A stretch of 60,661 nucleotides of DNA from Octopus bimaculoides (GCF_001194135.2 NC_068981.1:125669675-125730335), one strand, 5' to 3'; numbered from the stretch's first letter, positions 48,720 through 60,661 are shown. Numbers and translations: made by a program. Notes: generated by a model from the letters alone, not told the origin.

Positions 48720-50163
48720 TACATACAGAATTATGATTGAAGGAAAATACCTTAGACGAGTATTCTGCATACTCAAATACAAATATGGTAGGTCCTCATA
48801 TACGTAAATTTAAAAACTTTATTTAACTAAAATTACCCATGGAAATCAAAGTTTTTTCACATCCTACTGTATTATTATTACATAGGTGAGACACTATTGT
48901 GTTTGCAAACTGTACACAGAATACTCTCTTTACATAGTTTCCTTCAGGCATACTGCTGATATTCATAATCAGCATCATTACCCTGCCTCTCTTTCCCACA
49001 CTTTCTCTTTCTTCTCTCTCTCTCTCTCACTCCATATTAGTCTTGCCAGACAAGTAGTATATGCCTCACTGAGTAGGTCTAATGAGACAGAAACATGTCC
49101 TTTGCCTTTCTGCCTGGTTTAAAGACCATACTCACTCCAATCTTCTTTGTATTGTTCAAAGATTTACTGAAAGATATTTCTGATTTAATGACAGAAGGTT
49201 CAAAAATATTTTTACAATATTGATAACTTCAATATATTAATACACAATGAATAACATGTTTAAATTTCAGGATAATAAATATTAGAAAGATAGCTGATCC
49301 AATTAATGGAAATATGTAACTTATCCATTCATTCTGTATTTCCATTAATTATCATTCTTCTTAATGTAAAACAGCAAGGAATTATATGGATTTTTTATGC
49401 ATATTTTTTTATAACTTTATTATTATTGAATCATATTTATAAATTATTCATTTTTGCATTTTATTGAATGCTAGAAATCCAGTTATTTGTGACTTGAGGT
49501 GGTCAGCATAAAATAGGATTTTAAATTGACAATTTTTAAATTGGGTTGTGGATGTCTTATGTGAAGGAATGAGAAGGAAAAAGGTTTTGAGTTGAACAAG
49601 AAACTAAAAATGAGAAGAGAAGCTCTATAAAAACATGTTAACATAATTACAAGAAATGTATTTGTAAAAGAAAATTTTTATGGAATCTTTCTTTGGATTT
49701 AGAAAGAGGACAGAAATACTAAATCTCAGAATTAGGCTAACAATATCTATCTGCTTGCCTCAGAAATTTAACCATTATGTTAGCTTCATGAACTAGATTA
49801 GAATAATGCTTCTATAATTTTCTACATGATTAAAGATGATTTTGAGAAAAGCTATTGTGATATTTGTGTTTTTAGATATCATCATTTTGCATTGCACCTT
49901 TTTCACCATTTGTATAACATTTTACATGGTCAGCTGTTCATAAACAAGGATTATTTTTTGTTATTCAATGTCAATAATTATGGAAATAAAAAAGAAGGCG
50001 ACTTTCTTTAAAGCTTTAAGATGAATATCCTTTAGTTTGTAATATGAAGATATCAGTGAATACTTTTTATACAAAGATTAACATTTTTTTTTTTTTAAAA
50101 CAAGCAAATAATAATTAATTAAAGCTAAATTTTTTCTCCTTTTTCTTTTTGGAATATAAATTT

Positions 50164-50199
50164 ATTTTAATTTGGGGGTTGCAACCCCCAAATTAAAAT
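50164..50199. repeat. Perfect 36-bp palindrome
   Basis: ATTTTAATTTGGGGGTTGCAACCCCCAAATTAAAAT. Confidence 0.97.
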
Positions 50200-52466
50200 G
50201 AATTACTGTACTGATTATTCAATAATCTGTTCTGATTATTCAATAAAATCTAAGCTTCATTTTTTTTCCATTTGAAAAACAAGTTTACTTAGATTTATGG
50301 TTTTCAACCTTGATATTTACTGTATTAAATCTCAAAACTTGTAAGTTTGCTAGCAGAATTTTGGCAGAAAGTTAGTCTTTTGGGTTCTTAACTCAATTCA
50401 TTGGCTTAAATATGGTTCAGGTTTTTCTAACAACAACCCAGTGTGCTACGTTAAACTATTTTATTATTGTTGGTATTTTATAATTTTATTTTATTGAATC
50501 TAGAAATAAAACTTAAATAATTCACTGCAGAATTTCAACACTAAACTTAATTAGGCCACTTATTTATTTGTTTAGTCTAGCATTAAATCATTATTGTTTT
50601 GAAGTCAATATTTTGAAAATATCAAGATATCTAAAACCTCATAATTGATAAATTGTTCCTTCTTTCTCCATTGTGCATTTCTTAGTAACCAGTTGTAAAG
50701 GAGCTGTCAAGAGTGTCTTTGATATTATCTATTGTTATTTAGCCCCAGGCTTACTTTGATAAAGCAAGTGTATCATCAAACACATTCCAGCATTGATTAT
50801 TCTGTCTTTTCTTAAGATGCAGTTAGTGTTATATGCCCTTCCTCTCTTGAGACAGTGGAACGTGATTTAAGTAATATTCAGCTGGTATTTCTAAAATCTT
50901 AATGACACATAGAAAACTCTCTCAATGACTGATTTTATTGTCATTCAACCTTATAGACTGTTAAACAGGTGGAAATTTTACAACACTTAACAAAATGCTT
51001 TATAACATTTACTGATATCCCTCATACTTCACTGAGTTCATATCTCTCTTTTTTATTTTTCTTGAGAATCACTAAAATTACTTCTAATTATTTCTTCTCT
51101 CTCTCTCTCATATACACACATGCAAAGAGACATTACACACACACACACACCTACCTGGGTATTGAAATCACTGATAAATATGAGCAATTGAGTAAATGTA
51201 TGTACACACACAGAATTGAAGCACTTGAACAATCAGATGTGGTTGTAACATCTCTATTAAATATATTATTCATGTAATATATATATATATATNNNNNNNN
51301 NNTCCTCCACCTTCTTGAAACTGTATAGAAATAAAAATAAATATAAAAACAACATATAATAACGAGTGTAATAGTTTGTGTTAGGATGATTTGAAACCTC
51401 GAAGATTGGTTTTGATACTGCAGCCTGTTTGACTATTCTAAAATAGCACTTTTTTTTTTGTTTTTCCATTATTTGCATAGGCTTGTCTAAGGCTGGTCCA
51501 TATTGACTATATAAATTTGCTCTTAAATAAAAAAATATTTCTTTCCTTTGGGCATGTCTTGACATTTGTGTGTAAGTTTACCCTGACGTGGTGGGGCTCA
51601 CCACCAGTTTGCACTCTGTTGTGTTTAGAATACAGTGGTGTACCCCTGAAATGGCCATAGATGTTGTACGTGTTTTTCGTGAAATTTATTTTATCGATTG
51701 ATACCTACTGGGTGCTGTATTTATCTTTTGACCCATGTGTTTTCTGAACTTTTGGATATGGTGAGCAGGATTAAATTTTACACGCTTTACCTGCTGATAC
51801 CTGCTGGGTGCCTGTATTCACTCTTGTATATACCTAACTGATACGGATTTACCTTTTGATGTCTACTGTTTTTAAATTATAAAATATACCCGAGGGAAGT
51901 ACAGAACTTTATATTTTAACTCTAAATAGTGTTAAATCATTTTAAAGTCTTGTCATTGATTTTTAACCGATGGACTACTTTATTGTACCTCATTTCTTTA
52001 TTTTATTTTATATCGACCTATATTATATATTTGAAATGTTTAATCGTATTAATTTTAACTTCAACTTGATTTGGAACTTCTATGAAATAATATATATGTG
52101 TATTGTGTTATACCTTTAACTCAAATTTACTTGTATGTTATCGGTTGAAATAATATATTCATGTATAAAATTTTATATTATATGTTCTATTTCTTGCATC
52201 TTACTTCTTATATATTTCTTATTCTTCTATTTAATTTATTTTCTTATGTTATCTTTCTTACGTTATTCTTATATCTTTTTATTCCTTATGTTTGATGGAT
52301 TATGTTGTACCTCTTATATATTTTCACTGAGGGAGTGTGATATGTTGAGTCATTAACCCAGCGTTTTTATTCTATAACTAATGTTTTACTCTTGTCTCAA
52401 TTATTCTGAGCACTTCTCCTTGCAGCCCTGTATAAAATCTATTAGTTTCATAATAAGAAACTATTA

Positions 52467-52526
<60 letters not shown>

Positions 52527-52527
<1 letters not shown>

Positions 52528-52742
52528 TAAACATCCACTTTCCATGTTTGCATGGTACAACAAATTTTGTATAGCTGGATGCCATTTCTGACACCAACCT
52601 TCATTTACTTTCAAGCAAGGTAAAATTTCAGCATGCCCAGACATCATTAGGTGGGAGATTGTAAACAAAGAACAGCTCTTGCATGACAGTGGCACTTGCT
52701 TACAACTAGTATCTGATGTCAAGGTAAGGGGACAGTAAAACA

Positions 52743-52745
<3 letters not shown>
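52527..52745 (-). mobile_element. SINE type-2 3' half
   Basis: TTAAACATCCACTTTCCATG...GGATGCCATTTCTGACACCAACC. Confidence 0.7.
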
Positions 52746-52785
<40 letters not shown>

Positions 52786-53102
52786 GTTGGTTGTTGGTAT
52801 AATCATGATGGTGTGGTGATGTCATGAGCTTGCTGTCTTTATTTCCATTGACTTGTGATCATTCAATTGTATTGTAAAATACTGAGTATACATATTAATA
52901 CATATTTGAAAACACAATTTCTTCCTCATTGAAATTAATACCACATGAACAAATAAAACTCCTTGGGTTTCATGTACAAAATATATATACATGTATACAT
53001 GCAAATGAAGAGAAAGAAAAGACTGAATATTTTCAGATGATGAATATTCAAGTATAAATATATATATATACGTTTATGAATTTGTGTTGCAAGATTCCTG
53101 AT

Positions 53103-53463
53103 GTTAAACTGTGTGTTGAAACAGATATTGTTATATTCTGGGTTGGTCATTTTTTTCTTTTTGCCAAATAAACACATGCACTATGCATGCATTCTTCACT
53201 CATTTATTATTGTTCTTATTTTCATCTTAAGTCCATTGTTTGGAAAAATTTCGTCGCACATTTGTGACTTCTTCAGTAATGGAAATGGTCGCTGAAGAGG
53301 TCACAGATGTGTGATGAGAGATTTCCAGACAATGAACAGTAAAATAAGAACAGTAAAAAACAAGTGAAGAACAAATATATAGTCCCTGTGTTTATTTGGC
53401 AAAAAAAAAAATTGACCATCCTGAAATATAACAATATATATAGATATTTATATTTTAACAGAC
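53103..53463. mobile_element. MITE-like element with ~50-bp diverged inverted arms
   Basis: 53125-53175 matches the reverse complement of 53388-53437. Confidence 0.65.
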
Positions 53464-53817
53464 CAAACTTATAGAGTATACAAAGACACAGAAAAATAAG
53501 AGGGAGAAGGTATTGTGTTACAAGTCTGATAGCTGTTTCTGGAGGCTCAGAATTATTTCATAATGTTGGCAGATGTAGTTCACCAGAATATGCAACTAGT
53601 AATGGAGGCAAATAAACATTGAATAGATCTGGCCTCTGTCTTCATGGTGAAGAGATGAAAAGCTGACCACATTTAACTTACACAAAGTTTGTGTGTGTGT
53701 ATATACATATATATATTTAAATTCAATAATAGGATGAATTCTTTTACAAGAATTTATCAAGTAGCTAGCGTGAAAAAAACCTCATAAGGGAAAAAATCCA
53801 TCATTTATTCCCGAAAT

Positions 53818-54106
53818 ATATATTTATTTATATAAGGGCATTACTATACAATAATGCCTCACGCTATGAGGGACTCTAAGGTCAGACTACCATAAAAAAC
53901 ACATTTTTACTGAACGCGAGGAAATGCAACTCTCAAAGCCACCCCCTTAAAAAGAGACTGAATTATAGATCATGATTTCGTATTTATTGTAGTATTATAC
54001 AACCTTGCGTTCGGTAAAAATGTGTTTTTTATGGTAGTCTGACCTTAGAGTCCCTCATAGCATGAGGCATTATTGTATAGTAATGCCCTTATATAAATAA
54101 ATATAC
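53818..54106. mobile_element. Young MITE/foldback element with ~100-bp near-perfect TIRs
   Basis: Arms 53818-53921 and 54003-54106 differ at only a few positions; ~80-bp spacer; TA-rich ends. Confidence 0.9.
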
Positions 54107-54299
54107 ATATATATATATATATATATATAGAAATAGAGAGAGAGAGAGAGAGAGAGACATACACTCATACATAAACATGCATATTATATATACATCAATG
54201 CATGTGCATATGTATACATGTGTGTATGCATATGTGTGTGTGTGCATGTGTATGAGTGTGCGTGTATGTGCATGTGCATGTGTGTGTGTGTGTGTGTGT

Positions 54300-54515
54300 G
54301 TCTTTGTCTCCCACCACCACTTGACAACTAGTGTTGGGGTGTTTATGACCATGTAATTTAGTGGTTTGGCAAAAGGTGCCCAATAGAATAAGTACTAGGT
54401 TTGAAAAATTAAATACTGAGGTCAATTTGTTCAACTAAAATTCTTCAAGGCAGCCCTCCCACATGGTCACAGACTAATGACCAAAACGAGTAAAAGCTAA
54501 AAGAAAAAAAGAAAA
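54300..54515 (+). mobile_element. SINE family A type-1 3' half
   Basis: CTTGACAACTAGTGTTGGGGTG...AATAGAATAAGTACTAGG...GACCAAAACGAGTAAAAG. Confidence 0.75.
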
Positions 54516-54689
54516 GAAAATATAATCCCCAGCCTGTGACAGGTGCACAGCATGCACAGGATTTGAAGAAACCTACCTGTATCCATATATTTCTAACTCA
54601 TCTACTGATATAGATTGGATTAGTAGTTAACAGTAATTTATGAGTTCTACCATGAATGAAACTCTGAAACCAAATCAGTGTAATGGTAA

Positions 54690-55990
54690 ATCTACTGGAC
54701 TATTATTCCTATGCACAAGTTGCACACTTTGTTTCAACTTGGATCCACCCACCACCTCCAACTCACACATAAACCATACATCTTTCTCTCTGACATACTA
54801 ATCACCCATTCCTGGCCACACAATGCAAACTGACTTTGTTCTTAAGGGCAATATCAGTGCTTGTACAGAATCTGTTCTTCCCACTCCTCTCACACACATG
54901 GGTTTTGGCAAGAGTTCTGTAATTCAGGCTTTAAATCTGTCGACCCTATTCCTTTAAGTTTCTGTTTCTAATCAAACTCTTCAAATAACCATAAGCTATT
55001 TTATTATTTCATTTCCTAATTTTAACACATCTTCTTGCTGAACACATTATTCTTAGACTTTAATATACACAACCTCTTGCTCTATTCTCACTGGGCAAGC
55101 TGGCAGAAATGTTATCACACTGGGCGAAATGCTTTTGGTATTTCATCTGTTGCTACATTCTGAGTTCAAATTCTGCCAAGGTCGACTTTGCCTTTCATCC
55201 TTTTATGGGTCGATAAATTAAGTACCAGTTGCATACTGAGGTTGATCTAATTGACTGCCCCCCCCCCCCCCCCCCCCTCACCCAAAATTGTGCTTAGATT
55301 AGAAAAGAAAATAGGCAAATAATACTGCCTACAATTCCCGAAAAAAGTCATCCACTACTCTCAGTATTAATATCAGAGAAGAAAATGGTTTATTTGTGGA
55401 TGGCACAATTTTCAAACTCTACCACCTCTTAGTCAATCATCATCTGCACCAGTTCTGCTACTATCTTAAACAGTTCTCATTCCCAAGTGAAAAAACCTTC
55501 ATTGATCACTCTAACTCAGCAAGGTAATCAGTTGCCATAATTGCTTCTTATATTACTTTCAACAAAGCCCACAAGAGCTAACTTTTATTCTTGCCTAATT
55601 CTATAATCTCTGTCACTCTCTTTACAGTTGACATGTTTCAGTATATCCTAATTCCATGAAGGTCAGTTTTGTTGATCCTGAAAACTACTGACTAATTCTA
55701 ACTTTCTGTATTTCAAAGGTGATGTCAACAGTTGTTAACAGTAACTTCTTTCATCACTCTAAGCCTCTCTCTCCTTCTTCTGTGACTATCTATAGAACCT
55801 GGTAATTTGCTCATGTCATTCAGCAGTGGTTTCTTGCTCTTGAAAAGTTTGGGAAAAAACATTGTTATACTTGATATATGCAAAATCTCTGATCATGTCT
55901 GGTATGTAAACCTGCTTGCTATATTGCTCATCTCTAGCCCGCAGAACTTTAATATCAGCACCAAAAACCTCACTAATCTAGAAGTCCTGC
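54690..55990 (+). mobile_element. Decayed CR1/Jockey-group LINE (EN-RT) interrupted by a SINE
   Basis: DPENY*LILTFCISKVMSTVVN resembles NYRPISLTSCISKVME; VILDICKISDHVWYVNLL resembles LDISKAFDKVWHxGLL. Confidence 0.65.
55094..55310 (+). mobile_element. SINE family B with internal poly-C, inserted in the LINE remnant
   Basis: GGCAAGCTGGCAGAAATG...GAGTTCAAATTCTGCCAAGGTCGACTTTGCCTTTCATCC. Confidence 0.85.
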
Positions 55991-56074
55991 AAATGTCAGA
56001 CATACTTCACCATTCCAAAAAATTTTAAATAAACCTAACAAAAAAGTTCTGTTTGTATATAATTTATATGTTGT

Positions 56075-56150
56075 CTATGAGGGAAGGCATGTGGTTTAGT
56101 GGTTAATGTGTTGGGCTCATGATTGTAAGATTGTGGTTTCAATTCACGGT
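56075..56150 (+). mobile_element. SINE family D tRNA-like head fragment
   Basis: GGCATGTGGTTTAGTGGTTAATGTG...GGTTTCAATTC. Confidence 0.55.
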
Positions 56151-56229
56151 CTGATTTAGATTTTTATTTTGTGTGTTATTTAAGATACTTTTATGTGTTT
56201 TATATATAAATACATATATACATACAAAT

Positions 56230-56550
56230 GTGTGTATATTATATCATGGATACTCCCATTGTAAGACTACATATGAGGGTTCTGCAATTTCTTGCTGAAC
56301 AACTGCACAGATGTTTATAATGATCAAATGTTTTTTTACTCACATAAGCTCCCCCCCCCCCCCCTCCATCAGATTGACATTACCTGCACAGGTGCATGAC
56401 ATAGCACATGTCAAATGATGAATTGATCGCAAAGCAGCATGAAATGAAATGTTTTTCTCAAGAACACAATGCAACACCCAGTCTGGGAATTGAAACCATG
56501 ATTTTGCAATTGTGAGTGCAATACCCTAACCACAAAGTCATGCACCTTCA
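56230..56550 (-). mobile_element. SINE family D
   Basis: Minus strand GGTGCATGACTTTGTGGTTAGGGTATTGCAC...GGTTTCAATTCCC; shares sequence with 48095-48312. Confidence 0.65.
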
Positions 56551-56568
56551 CACATTCTATTTATATAT

Positions 56569-56694
56569 AAGAAGGTAACATGAAAGAAAATAGAAAGCTT
56601 CTGACAATGCGGAAAGTTTAATAAAACCTTTGTAAGGTTTTATTAAACTTTCCACTTTGTCAGAAGCTTTCAATTTTCTCTCTCTTTACCTTCT
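56569..56694. repeat. ~125-nt near-perfect hairpin (3-nt loop)
   Basis: GAAAGCTTCTGACAA-TGC-GGAAAGTTTAATAAAACCTT [TGT] AAGGTTTTATTAAACTTTCC-ACT-TTGTCAGAAGCTTTC, with an imperfect outer extension. Confidence 0.9.
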
Positions 56695-56729
56695 TCAGTA
56701 TTACAATACTTCAAACAAACTACAACGCT

Positions 56730-56774
<45 letters not shown>

Positions 56775-57796
56775 ATGGTTATTAACATGCCCCTTTTATA
56801 TCTCTATAACTCTTATTTCTACTTTATGTCTTACCTCATGTCTATCTACCATACCTCATCACACTATGAGATAAATATTAATGATAAATATTCTTTAATT
56901 CTTTAATTTATCCTTAATTTATTTTTAACCTTAACCCAATAAATCCCCTACTATAAACGCCCTAACTCTAACTCCCACTCATAAATAATTTAACATTCAA
57001 CTAGCTCTTACTTTTTCAACTACCTACACACCCACAACCTCATTGCTATAAATAACTCTACAACCACTGACCTTAGCCAGGACGGACACAAGCAATTACT
57101 ACCAAATTTCCTCCCCAGTAACTTTAGACTTTGAGACTATCAGACCTCTACTACTTTCTTTAAATTCTGTTCATTTTACTCTATTTTTTTACTCTATCTT
57201 TCTCTTCCTCCTCATCTTCTCTCTTTTATCTTCTCAGCTACCCCATACATAATTCTTAGACACTATACACCTATGCACCTTACTTCATCCTGTAGCCAAC
57301 CCTTAAAATCTCCCCTACCTCGCTCTATCTACCTCTCTTTCTATTTATTTTCTTTTCTTTACTTTTACCAATTAGTAGCCACCTCCACTACCATTCTGTT
57401 ATTGAATGTTGATATGTTCATGTCTTTTTTCTTGGGATGACTACTATATCAGGATTTTAACCCACATGGATATACGCAGGATTGCACCTAAAGACTTAGG
57501 CTCATGGATCTATGCAGAGTTGCACCTAAAGACTCATGCTCTGGTTTCTATAACTTCTGAAAGTTGAATTATGAACTTTTATGCTTCTTTTTCTTCTTTC
57601 TTTCCATCTCCTTATTCCTCTATGCTGTCATCTTATTAATATATAGCATTCTCATTTTCCATAGTCTTTTCCCCTATTTGTCTCTGATGATGGAATATTC
57701 CATACTTGGGGATATCCCAGAAACAGCTGCAAGATTTTTTATTTTTTCCTATAATAATATTGTATATGACTTGGGATGTTTGCTGTCCTGTTTAGC

Positions 57797-57836
<40 letters not shown>

Positions 57837-57859
57837 NNNNNNNNNNNNNNNNATATATA

Positions 57860-58030
57860 TAGTAAATTCAAAGAAAAAAAGAAAAGACAAAGAAAATGAA
57901 TATGAGGATATGCACAAGCAATATATTAATTTGATGCTCGGTGAAAGGAGAGAATTGTTAACATTTCGAGCATAGCTCTTCGTAGGAAAGAGAAAAGTCC
58001 AAAGAGAAATAAGGAAAAATTGCCAACAAT
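57860..58030 (-). mobile_element. Second copy of the PLE-like hammerhead-tail family
   Basis: Shares AAAAGACAAAGA, TATTA.TTT.A..CTC.G and TTTCGAGC.TA.GCTCTTC blocks with 1221-1400; also abuts (AT)n. Confidence 0.55.
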
Positions 58031-58060
58031 CCACATGCAGTTACATATATGATGTTTATG

Positions 58061-58290
58061 TTTAACATCCACTTTTCCATGCTTGCATGAGTCAAACAGA
58101 ATTGGAAAAGGCAGATTTTCTGCAGCTGCATGACCTTCTTACTGCCAACTCTCACTACTTTCCAGGCAAGGTAATATTTTCCCATAGCTAGTCATGTTAC
58201 TCACTGAAGACTGGAAAAGAACAACCTTGCTTGTATTATGATGATGCTCATTTACAACCATCATATAATGTCCAGAGAAGAGTACACACA
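58061..58290 (-). mobile_element. SINE type-2 3' half
   Basis: TTTAACATCCACTTTTCCATGCTTGCATG...CAAGGTAATATTTTCCCAT. Confidence 0.75.
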
Positions 58291-58498
58291 TATAAATAAG
58301 TAAATAAAAAACGTAAACAAAAGAAATTAAATATATGAACTCTATGTATATCTTACATACAATACAATGCACCCCTTGGGACCATTGGATCCTGTCAAAC
58401 CATCTAACCCATGCCTACATGGATATAAGATGATACATGTATCTGTTATTCTCTCTCTCTCTCTCTCTCTCTCTCATACACACATGCAAAGAGACATT

Positions 58499-58529
<31 letters not shown>

Positions 58530-59084
58530 TTACAATGGAAATTAAATTTGAGACTGCATCTGGATGGAATTGTTTAAATTGTTCCATACAAATGGTTTAA
58601 ACAGAAGGGGAGTGCAATCCAATAATGTTTTATCAGCTATTATCTTCATTATTCAATAATTTAAGAACAAAAGTAATAATTAAATAAAAGCAATGAATAG
58701 GTAAATAGGCGTAATCAATCAATAAATAAATAAGAATAACTAATAAATAAATAATAGATTTCTGAATAAAACCAGTTTGGAACTGTGTCAATATAGGTAT
58801 CTTTATTTATTTATTTGTTTATTTATTTATTCATTTATTTATTTTCTATGTAAATAACACGCTATTCCAGTTTTAGTAATTTATTGAGCTAGGAGGCAAT
58901 CCAGATGTCATGTATGTTACCTTTATTATTTCGGTGATCAATAAAATAAGGAATAGCGCTAGCATTCATCAATTCAAGCATCTATAATCCTTCCTTGACG
59001 ATAGATAAAATACTACATTAACATAATACAAGCCTGAATTAAAAAAAAAAAAAAGAAAAGTTCCTCATATATGATATGACAGGA

Positions 59085-59552
59085 GTTACTTCCCTTGTAT
59101 GATATTACAGATTCAGTTCGCGAAATACACATGAAAAAGTAATTGTCATATAATTTAAAGCAATTTATATAAGCATGTGCATGCCAAACTTAGAAAGTAG
59201 ACGAACTTTGTGCTACAGGCGTCACCTCTTGATTCACTGTGCAATGAGTTGTAAGTTTGAGAATAAAATGTGTTTGTGTGCATACACACATGCTTGCGTA
59301 CATCCTTGATTGTTTGCTTGTATTTAATGAATGTAAAGATTTTTAATTATAAAGTATAAGATTATAACATTAAAGATATCTTTTACCTGTCTCAGTCATT
59401 GGACTGTGGCCATGTTGGGGCACCGCCTTCAAGGGTTTGGTCGGAAAAAAATTCGACCCGTGTAGTTATTGTTTTTTAAAAGTCGTGCTTATTCTATCGT
59501 TCGCTTTTTGCCAAACCGCTCAGTTATTTGAATGCAAACAAATCACCACTGG

Positions 59553-59589
<37 letters not shown>

Positions 59590-59674
59590 TCGCCCGCTTG
59601 ACAAATTATATGACAATTACTTTTTCACATGTATTCCGCGAACTGAATCTGTAATATCATACAAGGGAAGTAAC
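59085..59674. mobile_element. MITE with 72-bp TIRs containing a nested SINE fragment
   Basis: GTTACTTCCCTTGTATGATATTACAGATTCAGTTCGCG...GTCATATAATTT (59085-59156) matches the reverse complement of 59603-59674. Confidence 0.85.
59385..59560 (-). mobile_element. SINE family A type-1 3' half
   Basis: CAGTCATTGGACTGTGGCCATGTTGGGGCACCGCC...TTCTATCG. Confidence 0.75.
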
Positions 59675-59965
59675 GTGTGTGTGTGTGTGTGACATGTGAT
59701 CTGGCAGTTTTGGTATCTTAGCAGACAGACATTTCTCATCTGCCAGTGATATAAATGCGCGCTTTCATGCACCATGCATCCATGTGTTCTTTCATGCGCC
59801 ATGCATCCATCCATAGCATGCATCTATATGAGAGGTCCACTCAAAGTATACATACATATATATGTAGATATTTTTATGCATATATAGATGCATATGTACA
59901 TATGTCTATGTATATGTATACCTTTGAATGTATATCTATATATTAGCATTTGTATTTATGTGTAT

Positions 59966-60002
<37 letters not shown>

Positions 60003-60077
60003 AAGATGAGAATGTCTGTCTGTGTGAATCCCTAAAACTCGACAACTACGCTTTCATTCAAATTTTACACATGCAAT

Positions 60078-60380
60078 GACAGGTGATCGAAACCTTTGGT
60101 GATATACTGTGCTTCTGTAGACCTGTCAAGCCAAGTGAGATCATAGTCGTGGTCAATGCTGGTGTCACATCAATGGCACCTGTGCTGGTGGCATGTAAAA
60201 CGCATCCACTACACTCTTGGAGTTGTTAGTGTTAGGGAGGGCATCAAGCCATAGAAACCTTGCCAAATCGGACTGGAACCTAGTGCAGCTCCCTGGTTTA
60301 CCAGTTTTCAGTCAAACTGTCCAACCCATACCAGCATGGAATGTGGATGTTAAACGATGATGATGATGATGATGATGATG
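60078..60380 (+). mobile_element. RTE-type 3' region (family C) with GAT tail
   Basis: GGCATGTAAAACGCATCC...AAACTGTCCAACCCATACCAGCATGGAATGTGGATGTTAAAC(GAT)n. Confidence 0.8.
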
Positions 60381-60490
60381 TTTGAGTGTTTGTTCTTGCT
60401 GAACTGAATTCATTGATATTTTTGGATGCCAATATCATTAATCATTCTCATATATCCAATTGTTTCTGGTATTTCTTACATTACGTACAG

Positions 60491-60661
60491 GACGACAATG
60501 ATTGTAATCCAAATGCCAAGGCTGCATTCGACTATGTAGTGTCAAGGGTCAAAAAAATGTTCAACTTCTTGCCTAATGTGAGCCCAGAGCAATCTCTTAT
60601 ATCTTCCACTATTTCAGTATTACGTGTCAAAAGTGAAACAATAGCATCTTGTAGTGAAACT
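60491..60661 (+). CDS. Candidate coding exon running off the window end: DDNDCNPNAKAAFDYVVSRVKKMFNFLPNVSPEQSLISSTISVLRVKSETIASCSET
   Basis: ttcttacattacgtacag| acceptor; the frame is open from 60386 to the window end (92 codons); retains CpGs. Confidence 0.4.

Noticed and set aside
51570-52330. Possible LTR or PLE-like repeat with a duplicated GATACCT(A/G)CTGGGTG motif (51700, 51796)
   Set aside because: No second LTR, primer-binding site, TSD or complete hammerhead core found.

Overview
AT-rich eukaryotic window made mostly of repeats and probable intron. It is most likely from an octopus (inferred from the SINE families and the heavy AT/CA microsatellite load). Six of the seven assembly gaps lie in or beside microsatellites. 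I recognise no intact protein-coding gene, and most ORF-track entries are microsatellite read-throughs or antisense shadows of transposon fragments. Supported content: five decayed Tc1/mariner transposase remnants, several MITEs, two RTE LINE fragments, one CR1/Jockey-type RT remnant, a possible Gypsy-like integrase trace, about 30 SINE or LINE-tail copies, and several Penelope-like element (PLE) remnants. Best leads: (1) a 5'-truncated GIY-YIG PLE (10885-12691) between ~370-410-bp inverted arms, one carrying a near-complete type-I hammerhead ribozyme fold with an unusually long stem-II insert; (2) a second family of hammerhead-like tails at 1.3 kb and 58 kb; (3) a ~460-bp palindrome centred at 21507 with a perfect inner part and a diverged outer part; (4) a ~125-nt pre-miRNA-like hairpin at 56.6 kb; (5) + strand splice signals of an unidentified host gene (9-nt micro-exon, 81-nt exon, terminal-exon-like frames, an AG|GTAAGT recursive-splice-like site), several inside a ~16-kb microsatellite-poor block. 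All alignments and folds were done by eye.
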